The notes beneath the pieces are model-generated. The model searched no databases. It saw nothing but the letters and a program-made list of their open reading frames with translations, and was not told the DNA's origin. Made by a program: the position numbers and the translations under genes. DNA of 64,000 nucleotides from an uncultured Acidimicrobiia bacterium (GTDB taxonomy: Bacteria > Actinomycetota > Acidimicrobiia > Spongiisociales > ZC4RG35). Below are positions 46,455 through 58,339 of the stretch, piece by piece (positions within the stretch are counted from its first letter, which is position 1; each line of letters starts with the position of its first letter). The stretch is from positions 3,372 to 67,371 of the forward strand of contig CAWIXU010000009.1 of assembly GCA_963840175.1 (NCBI GenBank), given 5' to 3'.

Positions 46455-47194
46455 ATGAAGAGTACCGACCTCACCGGCACCGTCCGGATGGCGGGCGAAG
46501 CCGATACAGGTATCCGGGTCGAGATCCATCTCGACGACGAAACCATGCGTCTCGTGTCTCCTTACGGCGAGTTGGGACGGTGGCCGCTCTCGGGCATGGG
46601 AATCTCGGCGCGCATCGACGGATTCCACATCAAGGTCGAAGGTGAGGAGTTGGTCCTCTCGACAAACGACGATGCGCGTTTCGCTGTTGCGGTCGGCCTG
46701 CGCTCTGCGAACTCACCTCGGCTGGTGCGCCAGCTTGCGCACGCTCGCGACGATGGCCTCGACGTCGGCGAGCATCTCACTGCCGCGGGCACCCGAGATA
46801 CGCCGCCTCGAGCCCCGAACATCGGCTCCGCGAGCCCAACCGGGCGCCAGTCGCCATTGCGATCATGGCGGCCGCCGGCGCGTTGTTTCTGGCTGCGATC
46901 CAGGCATACGGAAGTCCATTGCGAGTGTTCGGGTCGATTCCGCTCTGGCCCTTTTGGTTCCTGGGCGCGATCGCCCTCGGCATCGGGAGCTTTGCCTTGT
47001 TCAATCAGATGGCGCCCGGTCGCCGGCTCGTGGCGGGAGGCGCCTTTGTCGGTTTGCTAGCTCTGATCGGATCAATCAGCGCCATTGGCTCGGCGACTTT
47101 TTCCTGGCTTGGCGACGGCGTTTTCCTCGGCGGAACCGGAACCGTCCTCGCTCTTCTGCTCTGGGGAGTGGACCTCCTCAACCGAGCCGACTAA
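46455..47194 (+). CDS. hypothetical membrane protein (soluble N-domain plus three or four TM helices), one frame change near 46860
   Basis: SD GAAGGAAGG precedes the ATG. N-domain IRVEIHLDDETMRLVSPYGELGRWPLSGMGISARIDGFHIKVEGEELVLSTNDDARFAVAVGL. Distal ALFLAAIQAYGSPLRVFGSIPLWPFWFLGAIALGIGSFALF...GAFVGLLALIGSISAIG...GVFLGGTGTVLALLLWGV. Confidence 0.5.
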
Positions 47195-47278
47195 AAACAA
47201 GCCGTTCTGTGGGCTGGTATCCGCGCAAACGCGGCATACGAACCCTGGGTTGGCAGATTCCATAACGAAAGAGGATTA

Positions 47279-49573
<2,295 letters not shown>

Positions 49574-49591
49574 AGCGTTTACCTTGGCCGG

Positions 49592-50821
49592 ATGACACTT
49601 CGTATCCACGCAGATCTCCTGATCCCCGGGAGGGGAGAGCCGGTTGAAAATGGGGTGATGGTCGCCGAGGGGGCGACCATCACCTTCACCGGCCCGGCTT
49701 CCGAAGCCCCCAAACGCGAAGGCGACCCCGTTGAGGTGGCGGTGCTCATGCCCGGCCTCTGGGACTGTCACGCCCATCTCTTGGGTACGGCGCAATGGAA
49801 CCTGGAGATGGCCTCGCTGGTTCCCCCCGCGACAAGCGGCGCCCGTGTCGCAGCCGACCTAGCCAACTACCTGGCCGGTGGAGTGACATCGGTGCGAGAG
49901 GTCGGAGGGTATGGCGTCGAGGTTGCGCCGGTGGTGGAGGAGGGATCTCTGGCTGGGCCGACGATCTACGGCTCGGGGGCGGTGATCTCCACTACAGGCG
50001 GCCACGGCGACGTCCATGCCATTCCGCTCGATTTCTATAACGCCCTGGGCGAGCACGGCCGCATCCTCGGCCGGTTGGCTGACGGTCCGGATGAGTGCGT
50101 GAAGGCGGTGCGTGAGCAGCTACGCAAGAACGCCAGAGTGATCAAGATTTGCGCCTCCGGGGGAGTCATGTCAGAGGTGGACCATCCCATACACCAGCAG
50201 TTCTCCGACGAGGAGCTGGCCGCAATTGTCAACGAGGCCGCCCGGGCCGAGAGAGTGGTTGCGGCTCACTGCCATGGGAAGCCCGGGATCATGGCCGCGC
50301 TCCGCGCCGGTGCTAAGACCATCGAGCATGGAACGTATCTCGACGAAGAAGCCGCCGACCTGATGAAGCAGAAAGATGCGATCCTCGTCGCCACGCGCTT
50401 TGTCGTCGAGGAGTTGATGGGGCTCGAGTCCCAACTTCCGCCTTATGCCTGGCGCAAGATGTCGGCCATGGCCGACCAGCATGCCCAGGCCTTGAAGATC
50501 GCCGTGGCGAGTGGCGTCAAGATTGCCATGGGCACCGACATCTTCACGAGCGGTCCCGTGCATGGTTTGCGTTACCGGCAGGCCAGCCGGGAGATTCGGC
50601 ATCTCACCGAGGCCGGCATGTCTTCTCTCGACGCAATCGAGGCGGCCACGGCCCGCGGCCCGGAGACGCTCGGCCCCCAGGGACCGGCCTCCGGCCAACT
50701 CGCCGATGGGTTCGCTGCTGATTTGATCGCGCTAGACCGCAACCCGCTCGACGATGTTTCGGTCTGGGGCGATGCCGACCGGGTGGTGGGAGTTTGGAAG
50801 GGTGGCACGAGGGTCAAGTGA
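49592..50821 (+). CDS. amidohydrolase-family metal-dependent hydrolase (imidazolonepropionase/Xaa-Pro dipeptidase-like)
   Basis: Intact 409-aa ORF: VLMPGLWDCHAHL (HxH metal site), GVTSVREVGG, IKICASGGV, VAAHCHG, TIEHGTYLD, IAMGTDI, ADLIALDRNPLDDV. Confidence 0.85.
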   Translation: MTLRIHADLLIPGRGEPVENGVMVAEGATITFTGPASEAPKREGDPVEVAVLMPGLWDCHAHLLGTAQWNLEMASLVPPATSGARVAADLANYLAGGVTSVREVGGYGVEVAPVVEEGSLAGPTIYGSGAVISTTGGHGDVHAIPLDFYNALGEHGRILGRLADGPDECVKAVREQLRKNARVIKICASGGVMSEVDHPIHQQFSDEELAAIVNEAARAERVVAAHCHGKPGIMAALRAGAKTIEHGTYLDEEAADLMKQKDAILVATRFVVEELMGLESQLPPYAWRKMSAMADQHAQALKIAVASGVKIAMGTDIFTSGPVHGLRYRQASREIRHLTEAGMSSLDAIEAATARGPETLGPQGPASGQLADGFAADLIALDRNPLDDVSVWGDADRVVGVWKGGTRVK

Positions 50822-51312
50822 CCGATCGCGACCGGGTGCTCTCTTATCTCCAGAGTCAGGCGGCGAAGCTATCAGTGCCCGAGCTGGTCGCCAAGGTTCG
50901 TAACGATGCGGAGCAGATGCGAGAAGCGATGACCGCGATCGACCCGGACCGCTTCAGCGAGGCGCCAATGGCGGCTGAGTGGAGTGGCAATCAGATCGCA
51001 GCTCACATAGTCACCACCGGAGACGACTTCGCCCGGGCGATTGAAGAAATCGTTGCTGGACGCGCTCCCTCGGAAACCCCGATTGACGCGCTCGCCGACG
51101 ACATTGAGGTCTTGAGCGCCGACGAATGGTGGGCTCGGCACGTGGCCAATCGGGAACGATTGTTCAAAACCCTGGAGACCGCCGATCCCGAGGCTTACCT
51201 CGACAAGACGATCTACCACCCGCTCTTTGGTGATCTGAACTGGCGGGAGGCATTGCTTTTCTTCCGCGTCCACGACCTCGACCATGCTCGTCAATTCGCC
51301 GCTCTCGCTTGA
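50818..51312 (+). CDS. DinB-superfamily (DinB_2-like) protein
   Basis: The GTG overlaps the upstream stop (GTGA). EWSGNQIAAHIVTTGDDFA...LFFRVHDLDHARQFAAL shows the His-containing helix-bundle pattern of DinB-type proteins. Confidence 0.7.
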   Translation: MTDRDRVLSYLQSQAAKLSVPELVAKVRNDAEQMREAMTAIDPDRFSEAPMAAEWSGNQIAAHIVTTGDDFARAIEEIVAGRAPSETPIDALADDIEVLSADEWWARHVANRERLFKTLETADPEAYLDKTIYHPLFGDLNWREALLFFRVHDLDHARQFAALA

Positions 51313-52349
51313 AGGTCTCGATCGGCTTCGGAGCTCCCTACGCCGGACCGAATGCCTGGCTGGAGACGGTCGATTTCGTTACCGAGGCCGAACGGCTTGG
51401 CGTCGACTCTGCCTGGAGCGCCGAGGCATGGGGATCGGATGCCGTCACGCCACTCGCCTATCTGGCAGCGCGCACCGAGCGGATCAAGCTCGGCACGGGG
51501 ATTATCCAGACCGGAACCCGGACTCCGGCGCTGATCGCCATGACCGCAGCGACCCTGCAAAACCTGACCGGCGGGCGATTTCTATTGGGCCTGGGAACGA
51601 GCGGACCGCAGGTGATCGAAGGCTGGCACGGGGTATCGTTCGACAGGCCACTCACGCGCTTGGGGGAAATTGTCGATGTCGTCCGCCTGGCATTGAGCGG
51701 CGACAAGGTCATCTACGAGGGCGAGTTCTATCAGTTGCCGCGACCTGGCGGCGAGGGGAAAGCGTTGCGACTAGGTCTGGCACGTGTTCCCCCTGTGCCG
51801 ATCTATCTCGCCACGTTGGGCCCTCGCAGCCTGGAGTACACCGGGAAAGTGGCTGAGGGTTGGCTCGGCACCTCGTTTCTCCCCGAGCAGGCCGAGACGG
51901 TCCTGAAGCACCTTCGCCAAGGTGCCGAAAAGGCTGGTCGTTCCCTTGACGAGATCGATCTCCAGGCCGGGGGAGTGGTCGCGTTTGGCGACGATCTGGA
52001 GAAATTGGTTGCGCCGAGGCGTCCGGGAGTCGCGTTCACCCTGGGCGCAATGGGATCGAAGAAGAACAACTTCTACAACGACGCCATCTCGCGAGCGGGA
52101 TTCGCTGAGGTGGCGACTCGAGTTCAGGACCTTTGGATAGAAGGGAAGCGGGACGAAGCCGCGGCGCTGATCCCCGATCAGCTCATTACGCAGAGCAATC
52201 TGTTGGGCACCGACGCGATGGTGCTCGATCGAATTCGCGCGTATCGCGACTGTGGGATCACGACGATCCGAGTTGCGCCCGAAGGTGAGACGCTTGAAGA
52301 ACGGCTTAACACGCTCGGTCGCTTCATGAACCTGATTGCTGAGCTCTGA
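51309..52349 (+). CDS. LLM-class (luciferase-like) F420-dependent oxidoreductase
   Basis: Intact 346-aa ORF: AERLGVDSAWSAEAWGSDAVTPLAYLAARTERIKLGTGIIQTGTRTPALIAMTAATLQNLTGGRFLLGLGTSGPQVIEGWHGVSFDRPLTRLGEIVDVVR...PIYLATLGPRSLEYTGKVAEGWLGT. Confidence 0.85.
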   Translation: MKVSIGFGAPYAGPNAWLETVDFVTEAERLGVDSAWSAEAWGSDAVTPLAYLAARTERIKLGTGIIQTGTRTPALIAMTAATLQNLTGGRFLLGLGTSGPQVIEGWHGVSFDRPLTRLGEIVDVVRLALSGDKVIYEGEFYQLPRPGGEGKALRLGLARVPPVPIYLATLGPRSLEYTGKVAEGWLGTSFLPEQAETVLKHLRQGAEKAGRSLDEIDLQAGGVVAFGDDLEKLVAPRRPGVAFTLGAMGSKKNNFYNDAISRAGFAEVATRVQDLWIEGKRDEAAALIPDQLITQSNLLGTDAMVLDRIRAYRDCGITTIRVAPEGETLEERLNTLGRFMNLIAEL

Positions 52350-52736
52350 ATGCTGTTGCTCTTCGGGATGACGACCCGCACCAAGACCTTGAGCTCTGGC
52401 CCGTTTTACTGCCGCAACGAGGGCGGCGAACGGAACTACCTGTTGCTAGAAGCCAGGCGATGGTTCACCCTGTTCTTCATCCCTGTGATTCCGCTCAAGG
52501 TCCTTGGCGAGCTGGTCCAGTGTTCCTCGTGCGGTGTGCAATACGACCCGGCAGTCCTTCAACACGCCGCGACAGCTCCCACCGACGAAGTGACCGCGGT
52601 TGAGGTCGAAGCCATCGTTCGCATTGGGACCGACCGCGGAATGTCACCGGAGAAGATTCGGAGAATTCTCGTGGAGAATGTTTCGCCGGAGGTTGTCGAC
52701 GAGGCTATCCGCCGACTCTCTCCCGATGGAAGTTGA
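52350..52736 (+). CDS. zinc-ribbon-type small membrane protein (zinc_ribbon_15-like) with extra C-terminal helical domain
   Basis: The ATG abuts the LLM stop. LLLFGMTTRTKTL...RWFTLFFIPVIPLKVLGELVQCSSCGV fits the FG...WF.LFFIP...CxxC layout of that family. The first CxxC appears degenerate (YCRNEG). Confidence 0.5.
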   Translation: MLLLFGMTTRTKTLSSGPFYCRNEGGERNYLLLEARRWFTLFFIPVIPLKVLGELVQCSSCGVQYDPAVLQHAATAPTDEVTAVEVEAIVRIGTDRGMSPEKIRRILVENVSPEVVDEAIRRLSPDGS

Positions 52737-52748
52737 GGGAGTGGCCGC

Positions 52749-53123
52749 CTAGTTCTCGAACAAGCAGAACGGGTGGCCGGCGGGGTCGATCATGACCCGG
52801 TTGTCGAGTTGCGGTTGGAAGTCGGCCAGAGTTGCTCCCACTTCGAGCGCCCACTTCACCGCTTCATTGAGGTCCTCGACCTTGATGTCGAGGTGCATCA
52901 TCATCTGCTGGTCGCCCTCGTCCGCCGGCCATACCGGCGGGACGTGCTTCTCCTCCAGCTGGAAGGAAAGTGCGGTTCCCCCTGCCGACGGCTCGATCTT
53001 CACCCAATCGGGCTCGTCTGCGACCCGGTTCCAGCCCAGGAGCTTTTGATAGAAGTCGGCCAATGCACTCGGGTCGGGAGCTCCGAGGACAGTCGAGAGC
53101 ACGTTCATCTGCGGACGATCCAT
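52749..53123 (-). CDS. VOC (glyoxalase/bleomycin-resistance/dioxygenase) family protein
   Basis: Intact 124-aa ORF: ADFYQKLLGW...GTALSFQLEEKHVPPVWP...MMMHLDIKVEDLNEAVKWALEVGATL...RVMIDPAGHPFCLF. Confidence 0.8.
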   Translation of the reverse strand: MDRPQMNVLSTVLGAPDPSALADFYQKLLGWNRVADEPDWVKIEPSAGGTALSFQLEEKHVPPVWPADEGDQQMMMHLDIKVEDLNEAVKWALEVGATLADFQPQLDNRVMIDPAGHPFCLFEN

Positions 53124-53146
53124 CGCCCCACCCTATTCTCGGCGAG

Positions 53147-53497
53147 GTGAGTCCGGAGGAACTGCTCGAGTACTGCCTGGCCAAGCCCGGCGCCTGGCAG
53201 GACGAGCCCTGGGAAGGCGACATCGTGGCCAAGGTCGGTGACAAGATCTTCGCGTTCCTCGGCTCCGGAGAGGCGGGCGTCGGCGTTAAGGCCGGGAATA
53301 ACAGGGAGGAGGCCGACGAATGGCTCCTGCGCTATCCGGGCGACGCCGAAGTGATGGCTTACATCGGGAGATCGGGCTGGAACTCACTGCGAACCGACAG
53401 CGCGATCCCCGAGGATGACATTCGCGCCGCGATCGATGATTCATATGACCGGGTTGTGGCGAAGCTCCCGAAGCGATTGCGACCTGTCTCAAACTGA
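53147..53497 (+). CDS. MmcQ/YjbR-family DNA-binding protein
   Basis: VSPEELLEYCLAKPGAWQDEPWEGDIVAKVGDKIFAFLG...GVKAG...EADEWLLRYPGDAEVMAYIGRSGWNSL...IDDSYDRVVAKLPKR. Confidence 0.65.
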   Translation: MSPEELLEYCLAKPGAWQDEPWEGDIVAKVGDKIFAFLGSGEAGVGVKAGNNREEADEWLLRYPGDAEVMAYIGRSGWNSLRTDSAIPEDDIRAAIDDSYDRVVAKLPKRLRPVSN

Positions 53498-53513
53498 AGG
53501 CCAAACTGCCAAA

Positions 53514-54533
53514 TCAAACTGCAGGCTGGATCGTCCCCGAGCAGATGCCGAATTCGGCTAACTCGGTGGCGAGAACGACCGTGTCGCCATCCTCGAGATA
53601 GCGCGCGTTGGAAGTGAGCTCGAGCATCGATCCCCGGCTCTCATCGCCCGGCCCGGAGATGGTCCCAGAAGCAAAGAGGTCACCGGCGCGGGTATGGGCG
53701 CCGTTGCTGGTGGCATGGGCGAGTTGTTGACTCATCGTCCAGTAAAGGTACGAAGTGTTAGATCGGGTGACAACTTCGCCGTTGATCGAAACGGTCAGAT
53801 CGAGATCAATACCACGACCGGCCGGCGATAGATAAGGAAGAGGCGCCGGATCCTGTGCGGGCGCCGGAATCCGCCGGTCTTCAAGTTCAGACAGAGGTAC
53901 CACCCAGGCGCCGACTGTGGTGGCAAAGGATTTGCCCAAGAACGGACCCAACGGCTGGTACTCCCATGCCTGAATGTCCCGGGCCGACCAATCGTTGACC
54001 AGCACCAGGCCAAAGATGTATCGCTCGGCTTCCTCCACCGGGATGCGTTCCGGCCCCGAACCTGTGATGAACCCCACCTCCAACTCAAAGTCGAGCCGCC
54101 GGGTGGGGCCAAACTCACCTTGGCCAATTTGTCCGGCAGGCCGTGTGACCGGGGTGCCATCGACGACGATCGTGCCAGAGCGCCCGTGATAGCCAATGGG
54201 GAGGTGGAGCCAGTTGGGGGACAGGGCCTCGGAGTCGGGCCGGAAAATCCGGCCGACATTCGAGGCATGAAAGCGTGACGAATAGAAGTCGACGTAGTCG
54301 CCGATGGAGCAGGGGAGCCGCGTGAGTACCCCTCCTTCGACCGGGGGCAGGTCGGCTTCACGGAGGCGACCAAGAACGTCGAGCCAGGCGTCCTGTCCGG
54401 CTTCGAGCAAAGCAAGCAACGAGGACCCGGCCAGGAGGGGAGAGACCGCTGAAGGGTCGAACAGCTGGTCACCAATCCGCATCCCGACCCGATCGACCGC
54501 ATCGGCGGAGTAGACCCCGAGGGCGATTACCAC
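53514..54533 (-). CDS. fumarylacetoacetase
   Basis: IGDYVDFYSSRFHASNVGRIFRPDSEALSPNWLHLPIGYHGRSGTIVVDGTPVTRPAGQ, FGPTRRLDFELEVGFITG, IFGLVLVNDWSARDIQAWEYQPLGPFLGKSFATTVGAWVVP, YLYWTMSQQLAHATSNGAHTRAGDLFASGTISGP...GSMLEL. These closely follow the eukaryotic/bacterial FAH signature blocks. I place the start at GTG 54533, not the ORF-track ATG at 54917. Confidence 0.8.
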   Translation of the reverse strand: MVIALGVYSADAVDRVGMRIGDQLFDPSAVSPLLAGSSLLALLEAGQDAWLDVLGRLREADLPPVEGGVLTRLPCSIGDYVDFYSSRFHASNVGRIFRPDSEALSPNWLHLPIGYHGRSGTIVVDGTPVTRPAGQIGQGEFGPTRRLDFELEVGFITGSGPERIPVEEAERYIFGLVLVNDWSARDIQAWEYQPLGPFLGKSFATTVGAWVVPLSELEDRRIPAPAQDPAPLPYLSPAGRGIDLDLTVSINGEVVTRSNTSYLYWTMSQQLAHATSNGAHTRAGDLFASGTISGPGDESRGSMLELTSNARYLEDGDTVVLATELAEFGICSGTIQPAV

Positions 54534-55345
54534 AGGCTTCCCATCGCGACCAGATCGGCCACCGGCTCGTCGAAGGAGCAGCTGCCGTAGGAGCGCAGGA
54601 AGGTTCGAGCCGATCGCACCTCCGACACGGTGAACTCTCTCTTTCCCACCTGCAGGCCACCCCTCCCCAAACGCCCTTCGCGGCATTCGAGCATCTCGGT
54701 TGCGTCGTCGCGATCGCCGTTGAGCACCAGTGCCGTTGCGGCGGCAACAAGATTCAGGAAACCATGTCTCCAAACCCCCAGTTCGGGCCAAAAGTGCCGC
54801 CACGGATGGTGAAGGCCAGCCGTCGCCTTGAGCGGAAGCCCGCAGGCAAAAGTCGCATGCATGGCTTCGGCCAGGATCTGCGTGGAAGGAAAGTCCGATT
54901 GGCTTGCCCCGCCACAACGAACCTTGACTCCGATCCGCCGCCCCGGAGACTCGACAGCGATATCGAGGACGACTTTGGCATCGGCTTCGAGCCAGAGAGC
55001 ATGGCCAGGGTCGATTCGATCGAGACTGCCAGCAATGGATGTGTCCCGAGTTTCAAGCTGGCGGATCTCAAGTCCGGAGATGGAGATTGCGTCAATGGCT
55101 TCAGCGAGGTGCTGGTCGATCACGACTCCAACCGGCACCGGCTCCCCGCCAAGCATCCATTCCAGATCGTGGAGCTTGGAGCTGGGGCAGAGGAAGACAC
55201 CGAGCATCCACTGGTGCCGTGTGTGGCGATGGCGTAGGTACGAGGCCAACGCATCCTCGAGGCCCAATGACTCGGGGGGGTACATGCCGGCATAGTCGAT
55301 GAGGCTGGAGAGGACGACCTCGGAGGCGTTAGCGGGCTGAGCCAC
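54527..55345 (-). CDS. conserved-looking hypothetical protein, function unknown
   Basis: Open frame 54527-55459. The likely start is GTG 55345 (VAQPANASEVV...) or ATG 55285, because 55364 onward is occupied by a divergent gene. Features: KVRCGGASQSDFPS, LPLKATAGLHHPWRH. The stop TAA overlaps the FAH GTG (GTGGTAA). Confidence 0.5.
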   Translation of the reverse strand: MAQPANASEVVLSSLIDYAGMYPPESLGLEDALASYLRHRHTRHQWMLGVFLCPSSKLHDLEWMLGGEPVPVGVVIDQHLAEAIDAISISGLEIRQLETRDTSIAGSLDRIDPGHALWLEADAKVVLDIAVESPGRRIGVKVRCGGASQSDFPSTQILAEAMHATFACGLPLKATAGLHHPWRHFWPELGVWRHGFLNLVAAATALVLNGDRDDATEMLECREGRLGRGGLQVGKREFTVSEVRSARTFLRSYGSCSFDEPVADLVAMGSLW

Positions 55346-55363
55346 GGCCGTATCGTACGAAGG

Positions 55364-56140
55364 ATGACGAAGTGGATTCGGATCGAGAGGGAGGCCTCTG
55401 TCCTCATTGTCACGATCGCGCGGCCTCCACTGAATGCGATCGACGCTGAGCTCCACCACCAGCTGTGCGACCTCTTCCGCGACCTTCGCCAGGAACGAAA
55501 CGCGCGGGCGATCCTGCTCACCGGCGAAGGCCGCATGTTCTCCGCGGGAGGGGACTTCGACTGGTTTCCGACCCTCCAGGACCCCGGTCGGCTGGCAGAT
55601 CTACGACGTGACGCCAAGCAACTGATCTGGGATCTGGCGGATATCGAGCTGCCGCTGGTCGTAGCGATCAACGGTCCCGCGGTGGGACTGGGGGCAACGA
55701 TTGCCTTGCTTGGCGACGTGATCTTCATCGCCGACACCGCTCACATCGCCGATCCCCACGTTCGCGTCGGCATTGTCGCCGGAGATGGCGGGGCCGCGAT
55801 TTGGCCGCTCTTGGTCGGTCCGGCGCGAGCCAAGGAATATCTGCTCACCGGCGATCCGGTATCGGCGGTCGAGGCCGAGCGCATCGGATTGGTCAACCAC
55901 GTGGTGCAAGCAGCTGAGCTCTTTTCCACCTCCCTGGCAATGGCGCAGCGTTTGGCCGCCGGAGCCCCGTTGGCGTTGCAGTACACGAAGGCCGCGGTCA
56001 ACCAGCAGGTGAAGGCAGCGCTGCAGCTCTCGTTCGACTACTCGCTTGCCCACGAAATCGTGACCTTTGCGAGCGCGGATCACCAGGAAGCGCTGCAGGC
56101 GATATCAGAGCAGCGATCACCCCGGTTTGAAGGTCGCTGA
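55364..56140 (+). CDS. enoyl-CoA hydratase/isomerase (crotonase) family protein
   Basis: Intact 258-aa ORF: VLIVTIARPPLNAID, ILLTGEGRMFSAGGDF, LPLVVAINGPAVGLGATIALLGDVIFIADTAHIADPHVRVGIV, HQEALQAISEQRSPRFEGR. Confidence 0.85.
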   Translation: MTKWIRIEREASVLIVTIARPPLNAIDAELHHQLCDLFRDLRQERNARAILLTGEGRMFSAGGDFDWFPTLQDPGRLADLRRDAKQLIWDLADIELPLVVAINGPAVGLGATIALLGDVIFIADTAHIADPHVRVGIVAGDGGAAIWPLLVGPARAKEYLLTGDPVSAVEAERIGLVNHVVQAAELFSTSLAMAQRLAAGAPLALQYTKAAVNQQVKAALQLSFDYSLAHEIVTFASADHQEALQAISEQRSPRFEGR

Positions 56141-56163
56141 CGCCTCCGTAACCTGCTCGGCTC

Positions 56164-57358
56164 ATGATTCGCCAGTTCCTGGCCACTAAGTGGTTCGCGC
56201 TCATCTTTCTCTCGTCGCTCGCCTCCGAGTTGACGAACAGCCTGCTGGTCCACTTCCCAGGGTTTCTGCTCGACCTCGGTGCCGACGAGGTACGGATCGG
56301 GACCATTGTCGGCATCTCCGGTCTGGCCTCGATCGCGGTTCGTCCGTGGATCGGCCGTGTGATGGACCAGAGGAGCCGACGACTCATGATTCGGATCGGC
56401 ACAGGGATCGTCGTCGTTGCCACCTTCTCGTACGGGTTCGTCGACCAACTCGGTCCTGCCGTAGTTGGAGCGCGCCTCCTGCAAGGTGTTGGACAGGCGA
56501 TGTCAGCGACGGCTTTCTGGACCTACATAGCCGACCGGATTCCCACTCAGTACCGGAGCCAGGGAATCGCTCTCTTTGGGATCTCCGGACTCGCCCCTCT
56601 TGGCATCGCTCCTGCTATTGGCGACCGCATCTTGTTGGGCGAATGGGGTTACCGCGGAATCTTCTTTGTCGCCGCGGCCTGTTCGCTGGTCGGCTTTGGT
56701 CCTGGCGTTCTTTCTCGAGCGCAGCGGCAAGAACACGGGCGCTACCACCACCGGGTTTCGCGAGGTGTTGTTTCGACCTGAGCTCCGTCCGATCTGGTTC
56801 GTCACTCTCGTTCTTTCGCTTGGGTTCACGGCGGCCTTCGTGTTCGTCAAGACATATGTCACGACCTCGGGCCTCGGCTCGATCGGCCCGTTCTTCGCCA
56901 CCTATGCGCTCGTGGCCGTCACCTGGAGATTGACCCTGGCGTGGGTGCCCGACCGGGTTGGTCCGGTTCGAATGCTGGGGCCGGGCTTGGTCGCCTATGC
57001 GCTCGGCGTCGGGCTCGTGGGGCTCTTACCATTGCCAATTGGCCTGATCATCGGAGGCGCCATCACCGGACTCGGCCACGGCATTTCCTTCCCGGTCGTC
57101 GTCACTATGGCCACCAGTCGGGCCGCGCCAGGCGAACGAGGAACCACCACCGCAATCTTCACCGCCCTTTTCGATCTCGCCCTTTTCGGTGCTTCACCGC
57201 TGTTGGGTCTCTTGATTCGCGAGTTCGGCTATCAGGCGATGTTCGTGGGAACGGCGGTCGCGATTCTCGTCGGAACCGCTCTAGTGCTGTCGGCCGAGAA
57301 ACGACTTACCGTTGATCTCAGAGACGAACCAGCGACCGCCCCAGTCCCGCATGTGTGA
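56164..57358 (+). CDS. MFS transporter (one frame change near 56700)
   Basis: 12-TM-like pattern: WFALIFLSSLASELTNSLLVHFPGFL, GRVMDQRSRRLMIRIG (the MFS loop 2-3 motif region), GLLPLPIGLIIGGAITGLGHGISFPVV, LGLLIREFGYQAMFVGTAVAILVG. Confidence 0.8.
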
Positions 57359-58315
57359 AGAGATCGCAAAACAGGCTCGGAGCTGACTCGAAGCCGTCGA
57401 CGACGTTCTCGGTGTAGACGAGCTTGCCCTCTTTGATCCAGTCCGGCCATCGTCGCCATGGCGGCTCGAAAGTCGGCCAGGTAGTCCCAGACGATCATCC
57501 CTTCGATGCCGTAGCCGACGCTCGACGACCTCGCGCAGGTTGCGGATGCCGCGCGGCTCGGTCAGGTTGTATTCGGACACCTGACCAGCCACCACGATCC
57601 GGCCGCCCCGATTCATCGCGAGGAGCGCCAGGTCCGCGAGCTCTCCGCCGACGTTGTCGAAGTAGACGTCGACGCCCGTCAAGAGCGGCATCGGCGATCG
57701 AGAGGTCGGCATGTGCCGATCAAGACAGGCATCAAAGCCGAGGACGTCCGTCACGTACCGACATCGTTCCGGACCACCTGCGATGCCGATGACCCGGCAT
57801 CCGTTGATGCGAGCGATCTGGCCGGCGGTGGCGCCGACGGTGCCGGCAGCCGATGAGACTAGAACCGTCTCCCCGGGCCAGATGCGGGCAACCCTGGTCA
57901 GCCCGAAGTAGGCCGTGAGCCCCGAGACGCCAAGTACCCCGATGGCGGTGCTCTCGGAGATCGGCGGGGAGAACAGCTCGGGATCGAGGCGCAGCAGACC
58001 TTTGCCATTCGTGACGTAGTGAGTTCGCCAGCCGCCTCCCGAGGCGACCCGATCGCCCACCGCAAACCGGGGATTGGTCGACGCAAGCACCTCGCCAACG
58101 GTGAATCCGTCGATCACGTCACCGAGTGCGGTGCGAGGCCCGTAGCTGTCGCGGCTGAGCCGATCTCGCACCCCGGCGTCGACGGAGATGAACCGATTGG
58201 CCACCAACAGTTCGCCTTCGGCGAGATCGGGGATTTTCCACTCGCGAAGCATGAAGTCGGATGGGTCGGGTAGTCCCTCCGGGTTGCGCGCGAGAACCCA
58301 CTCTTTGGCCAGCAC
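57318..58315 (-). CDS. NADP-dependent oxidoreductase, medium-chain dehydrogenase/reductase family (YncB/PTGR-like), one frame change near the 3' end
   Basis: KEWVLARNPEGLPDPSDFMLREWKIPDLAEGELLVANRFISVD, GLTAYFGLTRVARIWPGETVLVSSAAGTVGATAGQIARINGCRVIGIAGG (Rossmann GxxGxxG-type), VYFDNVGGE, RIVVAGQVSEYN. The tail was read by hand: GMIVWDY...KLVYTENVVDGFESAP...LVRL-stop (complement of 57318-57320). Confidence 0.8.
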
Positions 58316-58339
58316 GGATAGAAAGGTACCGTTTTGGCC

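Noticed and set aside
54534-54917. The 467-aa version of the fumarylacetoacetase ORF (start 54917)
   Set aside because: The extra 128 residues overlap the well-formed C-terminal half of the upstream hypothetical gene in another frame and show no FAH similarity. GTG 54533 overlaps that gene's stop in a typical coupling arrangement.
56955-56975. tRNA genes suggested by GGTTCGAA-like T-loop strings (for example 56960, 40820, 1351)
   Set aside because: All lie inside well-supported coding sequences. None has a flanking acceptor or anticodon stem structure that I could fold.
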